A stretch of 64,000 nt of DNA from Trichoplax sp. H2 (Eukaryota): NCBI GenBank assembly GCA_003344405.1, contig NOWV01000002.1, forward strand, positions 434,001 to 498,000, written 5' to 3'. Made by a program: the position numbers and the translations under genes. The notes below the pieces were generated by a model. The model was not told the origin of the DNA, did no database searches, and was given only the letters and a program-made list of their open reading frames with translations. This document shows, piece by piece, positions 51,566 to 64,000 of the stretch; the first letter of the stretch is position 1, and each line of letters starts with the position of its first letter.

Positions 51566-54500
51566 CAATTAAAAAGTTCTGCTGAAAATTTTCACCTCAA
51601 TTTTCTCATGAATCATCTTCAATTATAAGTTCAAAGCTTAAATTTTACTCTTGGATAAGTTATACTGTCTTTTGTCTATTTATTTGATTCTCTGGTAGTT
51701 AATGCAGATTATTCATTTTTTACATCTAAATCCGTATCGTATACTCCTAAAGCTGAATTTTTAAATCCATATTGATATACAATATAGAACTGGTTACTAC
51801 ATAACTAAAAGAGCAGCTATATCGTAACTACTATTCAAGATCTCAAATATTCTTTATTTCAGTTGACTCTTGGAGTTATTCTTCAACGACAAAAATTTTA
51901 ATGACTAATCAATCTTCAAAGTCACTTAGTGCTATAATTGATCACTATATTTAAAATCTATTGAGGATGGCATTAATCTTTTCATAGCACATTTATGTCA
52001 CAGTACACACTATCAAGGCAAAAAATCTCTGTGGCGTTATTTGTATATATAGAAACATTACATAATTATTAAACTTACAAGATCGTAAACTTACTGTCTC
52101 TATATATAATTTTTACAGTACAGAATGCCATTGTATCCAAGTTGAGAAAAATTGTTGATAGGTGTTACTTCCCGTTTAACTGCTAAAGCTAATAAAATTG
52201 ATCTGACCTTAACAATCTATTATTATTAATGATTTCAATGCGTTGCAGTATTTTTAAATACTAATTTATCATAAATAAAACAAAAACATTCCGGATATTT
52301 AGTTACATTGGATCGATACGCTATGTTTTTATTTTACTTTTGTTTCATTTACTATTTGTTCCTGAGCATATGCGTACATAATAGTTATCGGCATAATTTA
52401 TCTGTTCCTAATTTAGGCTATTTATTTACAACTTTTTTAGTAGATATATCAGTTTAAAAATTACATCATTTTTGGTATAGTGACTTAATGGAATGGCAAC
52501 AATATAACGGCGATGGGAATCCGCCAGTAGTGCGTCTTATTAAGTAAATAATTATGACTGCTATTAATGAGTTCAATTTTACTAATTAAATAGTAATTAA
52601 TAATTTCAAAGCTGGGAATCTCATTTTAGACATGTTAAGTTTAGATAGCAAATTTCTGTAGTTAACATGGAAATTTTAACTTATTCTTAAAGTATTCCTT
52701 TCAGATGCTAAGTTAATTAAATCCTATCGAGTAAAACTACATTAATAGAATCGAATTTAAGATATTATCGAAATTGTGTCGTGACGTAATTAATGTAGAT
52801 TACACTTAATAATGGCTAATTTATAAATTTGAGTCAATTAAGTTTGTCGTGTCAATCTATCGTAGACTGGCACTTAGCAAGAGAGATTATTCGATCCTAT
52901 CCTGAAAAAGTGCTACCAACGTTTTTCTTATTTTGAGTAAGGCCTAATTTACTATATCAAGTGTACAATATCCATTTAAGTATTTTAGATTAGTGATAAG
53001 TTACTGAAAATTGTAGTCAATGCATCCTTTGGGATTATATTTTACTGTGAAGGATTTATTCTAGATCATTGTTATCTAATTTTCAATATTATTGTAATTC
53101 AATGAAAAAATTGATTTGTGTCCTTTTTGACTAGACTAACTACATACTAAAAGTTGTTCTATAGCGATACCATCTGTTTTAAATGAAAATCAATCATTTC
53201 ATTTCCGCTCATTTTTAATCCTTATTCCAAACTTACTAGGTTAATAAGGATAGATCTGTATAATAAACCTATAAGGAAAAAAATTATCCAAAGTTTATGA
53301 ATGAATAACTAATAGGGATTGCTACAGCTGTAATTCAGGGCATGAATTTAGCTAATATCTTGAGATTAAATATCTTTTGGTCTATCACGCATGTATACTG
53401 TATAATGCATCTCTGATAATAGCATCTTCGCTAATGAGTTAAAGGTTATTGATATAAAATCAGTTACTATTTGAATACATTTGAAAAACTAGAAGTATTC
53501 GAGTCGATTTTTGGATGCTATTGTGTTAACATCTGAGCAATTTTGAATGGTTATAGACGTTAACATAAAACGAAATATTCCACCCGCAAAAGATTAATTT
53601 GATTTTTTGTCTAGACATCTATCGAAAACTTTTATTTGTAAAATAACAAGAATTGATACCTACTTCTGGCACAACGGCTTTTAAACAGGTGCTAGACTAG
53701 GTAATAATATCAATAACAACAAAAGACAATCTTCTATATATTAATGACAATATCTAATTACTAATATGGAGATGATGTACTTCAGTAGTTCTAATTGAAA
53801 TGCTAAAAATGAAATTATCAGATCATATTAATCATTGCATTGTATATTTTTAATATGTAAATATCGGCTACAATAGATTCAATAGGCGTTCACTGTACAA
53901 CAAAATATATGTAGGTATATATAACATATATATTACGGTATGTAGGCTACTTTTGTAGCATTATATTGCTGTATTTAAGTAGTTAGGGTATATAATAAGA
54001 TATACGATAATGCTAGATAAAATATTTGAATAAGATTACAATGAAACTATAGAAATAAATTCATTAGCATCAAATTATTTACTACCGGTTTTAAGTTGAT
54101 TTTCTAAATGCCTGGTTGTCATATTTTCCTATTAAATTAATAGCTATTACTCCAATTGTTTTTTCCTTTTGATTTTGCTTACACTCACTTACGTCAATTC
54201 TTGCAACAAAGTTATTTGTGGTAATTATTATCGATGGTATTGTTTACAATTAATAAAAATCTAGACTAATGAGGCATACTATTGTGATATCATAAAATAT
54301 CATCTGATTTTTTCCAAAATAGAAAAATGAAGTAAGTAATAGATATAATGAGGAATATCGATTATAAAAATTGGGAGAATAAATATACTTATATGTATTT
54401 CTTTATGTCATTAGCAGCTTGTATAATATTTAATCCTAAAAATAGAGTATAGTAATTATCACAGTTTAATTAGCCAATAGCTGATATAATTTTCCAATTA

Positions 54501-54925
54501 CGCTACTGGCATAATTTTAAAATAGCAATTTATTTTAGGTATAGAATAGAAATAAGACAGAGTAAAAACTTTGCAGATTGAGTATATATAATATATATTA
54601 TATGTTATTGTATTGGCATGTTCAAAGGCACTTTAATTGCCTTTATTAATTCTATTTTAAAGTTTTAGAATTTAAGACGAACGATATTAATTCTAATAAT
54701 AGTTAAATCAATCAATTGTGAATACATGTGGTGTTGATCAATTGAAACGTAGACCAATACCAATAGACAGGTGATCAGTTGCACTTGAATTAAAAAGCCT
54801 ACTATTAAATAAAAAAGCAAACAGTAAAAAGTTAAAGCAATACCATTGGGAACAATGATATACTTATCAATAAGATTGAATATGTGATCTACTAAGGTAA
54901 CTTTAATTTAATCTTCGTAAAACAG

Positions 54926-55030
54926 TATAAATAGGATTGACTGATGAAAAATTCGTCATTCTCATTAACCGATTTTAATATTTGGAAATCCTTGTTAGCA
55001 CAACTTATCGCGAAAGCAAATATATTATAG
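54926..55030 (+). promoter_or_regulatory. TATA box, Inr-like site and non-coding first exon of the SIFGamide gene
   Basis: tataaata at 54926, tcattc with its A at 54958 and donor tag|gtgaga at 55030/1. The proposed acceptor ends at 56281, 2 nt before the ATG. Confidence 0.55.
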
Positions 55031-56283
55031 GTGAGAAAATTAAGAAAATCAGTTAAATTTTAATCATATCTCGTAATTGAGTTTACAAATTTTGATTTTA
55101 CCTTTGTAAATGATCTACGACATATGCTGTATGACTATATTCACATTGAGTTTATACTCCTTTCCAATATCTTTGTTGAAAATTTATCGACTACTCCAAT
55201 TTTTATCTACTCTTTATTAACTTGATATTAGTCTAATTGAAGTTATAGAGTAGCAATTGAAAATAGTTTTATTTGCATTAAAAAATATCTTGTCTAAGTA
55301 CGGTATAATTGCATCCAAATTCACTTCAACGATATCACGCATAAATATGAGATGGATAATTAGTTTTCTTTACCTAATATGAATTAGTTGCGATATGTTT
55401 TAATGACAAATGGTAAAGGAGATACAAGAGAAAATATAGGTATTCAGCCGTGATGATTACATGTTTATTTTTAGCATTAATTTTTATCCGCCATTGACTG
55501 TTTACTGTGTTTTAGGGTCAAAAAATAACTCTCACGTTATAAATCAGTAAATATAAGTAAATCTTCCTTTATAGTTTTATGCCTAGAGCAAATTTTATTT
55601 ATTACATAGCAGATGCATTCCTTAAAGGTTAGGTTCATTTATAAAATGAAAAATTATCGTAAAGCTAATCAATCATGTTGTCCTTGAGAAATAGTTTACT
55701 TAGTATGATAAACACATTGCGCAATAACTAAGTTATTAGTTGTTTTTTATTGTTATCATTATACTTTTTGACATTTTGTCCAATATTTTTATCTTTTCGA
55801 GTGATTACGCCTTATTTTTCTGATCTGAATTGGCTGATTTATGTAATAATACAAACCGGTTTAAATGAATCGATTTCCTGAAAGAAATCCTTCATTAGAT
55901 ATATTATAACTCTGTATAATTTCACATAATTATAATGAAAATATTTAGTACTGTATAGTATTAGTTGCTTGATGGATGATCAATACTGCTTTCTATGATG
56001 AATAGCTACTAACTGTTGGGATACATCTTTATCGGATATGTAACCAAAGTGAGTAGTCATGGCTACTTAATTAAAGAAGATGAAACATACTATTACTTTG
56101 TTTGAGTGTTATTGTTACGTGAACAACTGTTATCGAGATCTTTTCTCTAAACATAATTTCTGTTTAAACTAATTACAAATGATATGTTTTTCATTAGGTT
56201 TGATTTAGGCGTGTTAACATTGAACTATTAAAAATAAATGTATTCATGTATTTATACTATCTTCCTGATTATATCTTTTAGAA

Positions 56284-58276
56284 ATGAAGCAAATTGCCCT
56301 CATTTTTTTCTTGACAGCAGCTATCGTATTTGCTACGGTTAATGCAGAAGGTGAGAATGTGTTTAGAATCCATTCGCTATATATTTTAGCAAATTATTTT
56401 CTTTAAATTCTAATCTGTTGGGATCTATGGCGAAAAATTGACTTTTTGATTTTTTGCCGTAAAAATTTTCTTAGCCACAAATATGATGAATAATACGACT
56501 TGTGTTCTTAACTACTTTATCTTTATGAAGTTAAAATAGAAATCCCAATTTATATTACGGATTCGAAACAAAAATAACTCCATCAATGTGTTATTGTTTA
56601 ATTTTGCACAATCCCCATTATCGATCTAATCGTTATATAATGCTTTAGGAAATTTGGAAAGTATATCCAATGCCAAGCGCGAAGATCAGGCCAATTTAAA
56701 AAGTATATTCGGCGGTAAGCGTGAAGATCAAGCTAATTTGAAAAGTATATTTGGTGGTAAGCGTGAAGATCAAGCTAATTTGAAGAGCATATTCGGTGGT
56801 AAACGTGAAGATCAAGCTAATTTGAAGAGCATATTCGGTGGTAAACGCGAAGATCAAGCTAATTTGAAGAGTATATTCGGTGGTAAACGCGAAGATCAAG
56901 CTAATTTGAAAAGTATATTCGGTGGTAAACGCGAAGATCAAGCTAATTTGAAAAGTATATTCGGTGGTAAACGCGAAGACCAAGCTAATTTGAAGAGCAT
57001 ATTCGGCGGTAAACGCGAAGACCAAGCTAATTTGAAGAGTATATTCGGTGGTAAACGCGAAGATCAAGCTAATTTGAAAAGTATATTCGGTGGTAAACGC
57101 GAAGATCAAGCTAATTTGAAGAGTATTTTCGGCGGTAAACGTGAAAATCAAGCTAATTTGAAGAGTATATTCGGTGGTAAACGCGAAGATCAAGCTAATT
57201 TGAAGAGTATTTTCGGTGGTAAACGCGACGATCAAGCTAATTTGAAGAGTATTTTCGGCGGTAAACGCGACGATCAAGCTAATTTGAAAAGTATATTCGG
57301 CGGTAAACGCGACGATCAAGCTAATTTAAAAAGTATATTTGGCGGTAAACGCGAAGATCAAGCTAATTTAAAAAGTATATTTGGCGGTAAACGCGAAGAT
57401 CAAGCTAATTTAAAAAGTATTTTCGGCGGTAAACGTGAAGATCAAGCTAACTTAAAGAGTATTTTCGGCGGTAAACGTGAAGATCAAGCTAATTTAAAAA
57501 GTATTTTCGGTGGCAGACGTGAAGATCAAGCAAACTTAAAGAGTATTTTCGGTGGTAAACGCGAAGATCAAGCTAATTTGAAGAGTATCTTCGGCGGCAA
57601 GCGTGAAGATCAAGCTAACTTGAAGAGTATTTTCGGTGGCAGACGTGAAGATCAAGCAAATTTAAAGAGTATCTTCGGTGGTAAACGCGAAGATCAGGCT
57701 AATTTGAAGAGTATCTTCGGCGGCAAGCGTGAAGATCAAGCTAACTTGAAGAGTATTTTCGGTGGCAGACGTGAAGATCAAGCAAACTTAAAGAGTATCT
57801 TCGGTGGTAAACGCGAAGATCAGGCTAATTTGAAGAGTATCTTCGGCGGCAAGCGTGGAGATCAAGCTAACTTGAAGAGTATTTTCGGTGGTAAACGCGA
57901 AGATCAGGCTAATTTGAAGAGTATCTTCGGTGGTAAACGTGAAGATCAAGCTAATTTGAAAAGTATTTTTGGTGGTAAACGTGAAGACCAAGCAAACTTG
58001 AAAAGTATATTCGGCGGCATGCGTGAAGATCGAGGTAATGTGAAGAGCATGTTCGTTGGTAAACGTGAAGATCAAGCAAACTTGAAAAGTATTTTTGGTG
58101 GAAAGCGTGAAGATCAAGCTAATTTGAAAAGTATATTCGGTGGTAAACGCGAAGATCAAGCTAATTTAAAGAGTATTTTCGGTGGTAAACGTGGAGATCA
58201 AGCTAATTTGAAGAGTATTTTCGGTGGTAAACGCGCAGATCAAGCTAATTTAAAGAGCATTTTCGGTGGCAAATAG
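56284..58276 (+). CDS. SIFGamide neuropeptide precursor, 564 aa, 2 coding exons (56284-56350, 56649-58276)
   Basis: Signal peptide MKQIALIFFLTAAIVFATVNA, a phase-1 intron, then GNLESISNAKR and 38 units of consensus EDQANLKSIFG-G-KR. SIFGamide is a described placozoan peptide. Confidence 0.95.
56681..58273 (+). repeat. Coding tandem array, 38 x 42 bp
   Basis: Consensus gaagatcaagctaatttgaagagtattttcggtggtaaacgc, with variation mostly at third codon positions. Confidence 0.97.
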
Positions 58277-59244
58277 AAAATAGAATATATTATAAATTCG
58301 CTTATTTAGACAATAAACTAAACGAATATTAGACTGAAATGAACATGCATACACTAAAGAAATGGGGACGATTGCAATTACAATTGACTAAAAAATTAAC
58401 ATATCATATATTCTATATAAAATGATCACCTAATCGCTTCGTATTACGGTTGATAACTTTTAATTCGGAATAATAGTCTACTTTATTATCATCGTTTACT
58501 GCCTATAACCCAGAAAACCTCTATTTACTGGAATAAATATCATTGATTACTACTAAGATTTAAATTTTAAAATTCGTTTTATGATCTTTCGGTAATAACT
58601 AAAATTTAAACAATTATCTTTGGTTCCTTACAATTATCTTTGTCATTACTTGATTTCATTTTCGTGAAAATTGTAGTTTATCTTGTGGTTCGCCGGTAAT
58701 AAATACTGATCAACAAAATAAAATTGTACTGTTATGAATGTTTTTCTAGTCTTACTTATTTCCATTAACCGCAATTTGAATGTGGATAAGCTAGTGCAAA
58801 CGGCAAAGTCAAAACAGTAAACCCGGTGTCGCCGTTTACAGTAATGAGTAAAAGTATGATCATAGATGCTATGTATATGAGCTATATACTCTTATGTCAA
58901 AGTGGGATCGGGTAGTAAAAGTAACGAAAATATAAAATAACGTTAGACAAGCTAGTTTTAGAAATAGTGAACATTTACTATAGTAACATGTGCTGACTTG
59001 GAACAGTTAATCACTGATGAATCAAACTTTAGCGGCTTTTATTTTGGAGTGCCCCAAATTTTCTTACTGGATACGGAGTTTACCAGGCTCATACAATGTT
59101 TGAAATTATTCCGCTACATTAAAGCCAATTTTTAAAGTCCGATTTTGGCAGATTGTTTAACAAGATAGCAGTCTGATAAGTTTAAGATTTTTATTAATAT
59201 AATATGTATGAATTAAACATTGAATTTCAGAATAGCACATTAAA

Positions 59245-59314
59245 GAGTATGTAGCTTCAGCTCTAAAACCTATCAGATATTGATCGTTAGTAAAAGAGCG
59301 TCATATTTATACTC
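59245..59314 (-). promoter_or_regulatory. SECIS element (type II) in the SELENOS 3'UTR
   Basis: The minus strand reads GAGUAU-aaau-AUGAC-GCUCUuuuACU-AA-cg-AUCA-auauc-UGAU-a-GGUuuuAGAGC-UGAA-gcuac-AUACUC. This gives helix 1 (6 bp), an AUGA/GA core, an 11-position helix 2 (three U-U), apical AA and a mini-helix. It lies ~490 nt after the UGA, and AAUAAA follows at 59190-59195. Confidence 0.8.
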
Positions 59315-59800
59315 AAATAGTAAATACCTGTATTAAACCAATTACTCAAGAATTATAATTTTAGAATAAAGCACTTTAAAAACTGATAGTAAGTTATTTT
59401 AGCCAGTGAAATATTGATATTAAATGAACATGGAATAAAATTCATCGATTGTAAAAGTAGTCATTTACACAGTAGGCTTCATCCAATACATGAAAATTAC
59501 AGTAGCATGTTCCAATTTAATATTATACGCGTATCTAATTATTTTATGAAGCAAAACCATCAATGCAGATTCTTAAGCATAGTAGCAGTTTTACATGCAT
59601 ACTATGTCTCTCTCTCTATATCGTTTAATCAATAGTCCATTTACATACTGCATGGCAAGGTACAAACCTACTGTATTTGGATTGATACCATGATCATCCC
59701 GTAGATTATTAGATACATCTCGTTATTATTGTAATTTAATACAGAATATCATTATACAATCGTAATTGGTTCCACTAGGCTGCTAAATTGCAGGCTTGAT

Positions 59801-61967
59801 TTAACCTCATCCACCACCTCCTCGAGCACCACCTTTACCGTGGATTAGTACGATAAATAAAGCAATAATTAAGGATCAATTAGCTGTTAAAATTTGTAAT
59901 TTTGGGGGTAGAAATCAAACTATGAGATCAAAAAGTCTAATCATTGAAATGTTCATCGATAGAAACGTATTTAAAATTGTACATTTGCATGAACAAAGTG
60001 ACAATTTAGTTGTAATGTTTTCTTACTTATTACATTATAAATGCTTTACAAGCACAAGCGCAGTTAGAGAATGATAAATATAGTGTACCTGAACGGCGAC
60101 TGGGCCGGTATGAAGACATTGCTCCACCTCCAGTTAAAGGATTATAATTATCTTTTAAAGAAAGCACATAAATTAGCTCATCTCTTTTTTTAAGTATCGC
60201 CTGGTATTATGACTTACGAACGGTATTGTAATTATTTGTACATGTAAAACTTGTAACAAATTATTTCTTGTCAAGAATTAAGTTAAAAAACTAAGTTAAT
60301 ATATCTTAATGATGTGAAGGTCATGGTCAAAGTTAACGAAACAGCGTTTGATTAGAGTATTTACCAAAAATTTCTGATAATTCTAATTAAGATCATTATG
60401 GCAGAAATTATCATTTTAATGCATAGCTATTAATAATTCCGCCAGCAGTGCTAAACAGCCAGATGATGTTGCTATCTATTCACTGCGATAATACTCCGAA
60501 AAATGTTTACAATGATAGATTATGTGTTAATAAGTGGACAATTATTATCAAATATGGGTATGATACAGATATATCAGTTTTTGTTAATACGCGTGTACAT
60601 AGCATTATAAAACCAAGACATTTAGCATCTTTCTACGATATTACCTCTCCAAGATGTTTTATTAGCATTACGTTTGTTTTGAGCTTTAGAATTCTAAAAT
60701 TCGACATATATATGCATAAAACAGTACGAGTTTTATTTGACGTTCACTGTATGAGGAGTCAAACAGTAGAAGTAGTATCAATAACATACATGACTTACAT
60801 CAGGTTTATCCTTTGAATCAGGGTCATATAATCTTCGACCATTACCGAGTAATTTACTTTCAAGTTTTAAAATATCATTTTGGCGTTTGATTTCATCTTG
60901 CTAATTGGTTTCATATCGCAAAATATAGATTGTCATACAATACGAGAAAGGAAATTATTATCATTGTCATAATAAAGCTCTCTGCACATGATAAGATGAG
61001 TGTATTGGATATAAATTCACGAATACATTGTAATTTATTTTACTCTTATCATCTATCATCATGTTCTGTAGTGTATACTCAGTGTGGCTACGGATATATA
61101 TAATTAATTACTATAAGAGCAAGTTTTATATTTTATAGCGTAATTTACAATAAGATCCTAGAAATAATTAATAAGGTCAGCGTGTAAATTAACTAGTTGG
61201 ATGGCATTTATTGAGATTAGCATATCATCTAACGACATACCTTTAATGTAAACTGTAAATATTATATATTGTAGCGTAAAATATGGTAAAGACTCAAGAG
61301 AGTATAGTATCCTGCGTGAGCAATATTTTATTTTGAAATTCAATTCAATTTAACTTACTGACCTGTTTCTTTTTTTCAATGTATGATTGCACATTAAGAT
61401 TATAGTCTTCCTGCAACTTTGCTCGGGCAGCAAGCATTTTTTCATTTCTGGCCAATGCTTCAGATGAGTCTAATTTAAACAAACGATGTATAGCCAATAC
61501 TAAATTTAGCCAGATGACTCATCCGTGTTATAATATATCAAGTGTATTAAATTGTGCTTTGAGGTTGAACTTTTTTGCACTACATACAATATTACTGTAC
61601 AGTACATATTTACTCTGCGTTAATTTAACAAATACACAATTAACTTGTAATGTTATGTAAGTTCAACTTGACCACAACAGTTTAGAAACATTGACATTAT
61701 GAGTCATAATCAAAAACTTCTTGTCAATAGTATCATACACATATCTGCATCTTATACAAGTATAATGTATGAAGCAGCCATCATAGTCCTGTACTTAATA
61801 CCGTCATTGGGTTGAATTCTTACCATTTTTTTTTGCATTGGCTGCCTTATTCTGGTGATATTGAATCTTTTGACGATTGCTGATTGCAGGTTTTAATTTA
61901 TTGGTCCATAAATAGTACCCAATGGCAGCAACAATAACAGCCAACCAACAGAATATCCCAAGGTATT
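59801..61967 (-). CDS. SELENOS: Selenoprotein S (VIMP); 6 exons resolved, first exon(s) uncertain
   Basis: Exons 61824-61967, 61363-61469, 60799-60900, 60645-60693, 60089-60151 and 59801-59832 splice in frame via GT-AG. They give YLGIFCWLAVIVAAIGYYLWTNKIKP...DSSEALARNEKMLAARAKLQEDYN...DNYNPLTGGGAMSSYRPSRRSGGARGGGG-U(TGA 59807-59809)-G-TAA. Candidate upstream phase-1 exons near 62723-62758 and 62921-62939 are unconfirmed. Confidence 0.9.
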
Positions 61968-63723
61968 CTAACAGTCAAAATCTATCGATTAATGCTAAAG
62001 ATTTTTTTTACATAATACAAAACTATCGAAATTATACTACGGTTACGTCATGGAATCAGTTACTATCATGATTATCTATCTTAGTAGTCAAGTGGGAAAA
62101 GGTATACTTTATCATTTTGTACAACGTTTGTTTTTTATGTAAATACAGATATTTTCATACTATCATTTTGCATAGAATTCTACGCAAAATGTCGGGCATA
62201 TACAGTATATACGCAAGATTGTACAAGATATGCAAAAAATACAGAACACTGATAGTTCGATTATTAATACTTGAATCTACTGTAACGTGTAAAGCTTGCT
62301 CAGTAGAATTGTGAATGTCTACAGATTAATTCGTATAGTACAAGTCGATTTCTTGGCAACAATTAGAAAATGCATCCAAATGTCGCCCTAAAGCTTCTAG
62401 TATATTAATACCTATTTGCTACTAGAGAAATCGGATCACCCTGAAAGAACAACTCCTATAAATACTGTACATGGATAAGGAGCATCCACTTGCACAAAGG
62501 CAATCTAGACTTCGAAAAGAAGCTTCCCCCTGCCGATACTTTTAGTAGTTTTACATTACACTCATCACTCATGTCGCTTTTAACCCCTTCATTCATCAGT
62601 GGGTTATTACGATAATCCCATAGCCGTTGGCTAGCTAGTAGGCGATTATTCCTAGGTTGTCTCCAATCCGGTTAATAATAAAGGTCAAAAATTTGCTAGC
62701 GTACATCAAATTTGGTAAATACCTGTCGAGATGTAATCCGTCCGTTGACTTGAATTGTCTTTAAATGGGGGGGCATCATCTTGAGCCATTTTGCCAACTT
62801 CAAGACGCAACTATACTGTCTAATCCACTTTTAATAGTTATCTATTGTGCTGTAGAACATCAAGCGATGACAATTAATGTATTCTACCAGCTTGTAATGA
62901 GTTTAGCATTAACGATATACCTACCAATGGCAATTTCATTAGAACATGTCAAGGAAATCTTGCCGGAGTCAAGGCAACAGCCCAGGAGAGTCAAATGGTT
63001 CTACAGTACTGTGATGCTGACTCACACCGTGATGAATCAGTTGGTGTCAGCCCTCAGTAATGACGTGACATCGCTTCAACCGTTCAATGAATAAAATGAG
63101 CTTCCCGTACACAGTACTGTAGTATACAGTACACAGTACAGTACTCTACAGTGTAGAGTACTGTACTATCAGAAAGAAAGAAAGAGATTGAGTACAAGCA
63201 TTTGCTTCGTCAAGCATTTGTGATGTTATTATGGCTACTAGGCTACTGATAGAGACATACAGTATTTAGTGCTGATGCCACTTGCAGAAATCATGACTCA
63301 GTAGAAGACTAACATGATTTCGCAACACCAATTAGATTGCAGTTGCAGCCATTTTAGCTTCTCGTTCTTGACCTTAGACTAGTAGTGTCCCAGATCGGAT
63401 GCCATAGTGGTAATAAAAAAAGACTCTTCACCTTTATAGAGCTTTTACTAGTCTTTCTATGTGGCTGAAAGCAATTTAATTGAATCAACCTCTCTGTTCT
63501 TGGCATAAAGCGAGACTGTAGAAACACGTTACTGTACTACAGCAGTGGTTGAAACGACTGCATGAAATCTCCTCATCAACATATCCATTATCCAATTCCC
63601 TCTGTGATATCCTCTTGTAGGAATGATATCAATGGAGAATGGATTGAATTTCTGAGATTAATCACTGCTATGACTTTACTATTAGCGAGCTAGCTTGAAT
63701 TGTACTATCTTATCACAATCATC

Positions 63724-63918
63724 ATGCCCAACGATAAGGATAAGCACAGTGCCTGTTGTGCTACTGCTCATTTTGGCCTAACTCAAACATTAGATGAAAT
63801 GCAATTTGATCGAGGAATATGGGCAAGTGCTGTCAATGGTGACTTACAACGTCTTAAGCGATTCTTAGCTAAAGGAACTGACGTCAATGTTACCGATAAA
63901 GCCGGCTATACCGCATTG
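63724..63918 (+). CDS. ANKRD39: Ankyrin repeat domain protein 39-like, first coding exon (gene continues beyond the window)
   Basis: MPNDKDKHSACC...QTLDEMQFDRGIWASAVNGD...DKAGYTAL followed by donor ttg|gtaaac. This matches the ANKRD39 QTL.EM.F.RGIW..A.NGD signature. Confidence 0.85.
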
Positions 63919-64000
63919 GTAAACCATGGCTAAAAATAAGTAGATGTAAAACTGTATAACCATGGACGCCTTTAGTCAATACTCGATGGGCAGTGTACTT

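Noticed and set aside
56696..58159. Antisense ORFs of 207 and 123 aa
   Set aside because: These are shadows of the 42-bp coding repeat.
56681..58273. CRISPR-like regular array
   Set aside because: There are no unique spacers. It is an in-frame eukaryotic coding repeat with synonymous variation.
61801..61967. Second open frame across the SELENOS TM exon (NTLGYSVGWLLLLLP...)
   Set aside because: The other frame gives a better TM plus YYLWxxKIKP and a stronger donor (g|gtaaga).
1..64000. tRNA, rRNA, snRNA or transposase/RT genes
   Set aside because: None were recognised by eye. A tRNAscan/Infernal run would be needed to exclude them.

Overview
Eukaryotic, AT-rich, intron-rich DNA, very probably placozoan (Trichoplax adhaerens or a close relative), inferred from a SIFGamide precursor. 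The left ~28 kb is densely packed with housekeeping genes: BRIX1 (-, intronless) head-to-head with GTF2H5 (+), ACSL1/5/6-like (+, ~22 coding exons, one GC-AG intron), heme-type CBS (-, ~17 exons) and DHX33 (-, intronless). About 28-59 kb is a gene-poor AT-rich tract. It holds two same-strand prepropeptide genes with matching architecture: TATA/Inr, non-coding exon, signal-peptide exon, phase-1 intron, peptide exon. One is the 38-unit SIFGamide precursor. The other is a 97-aa precursor I do not recognise, predicted to release a ...DLGLIYSGFQGPP-amide and three peptides ending in YF. The right end holds a selenoprotein S gene that the ORF track misses (in-frame UGA, GGUG-stop, type II SECIS) head-to-head with ANKRD39. 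Also present are ACAGT/ACTGT palindromic microsatellites, a hairpin-rich ~108-bp array upstream of CBS, two probable uncollapsed-haplotype duplications at N gaps and weak GPCR-like remnants. All gene models were spliced by eye; no searches were run.
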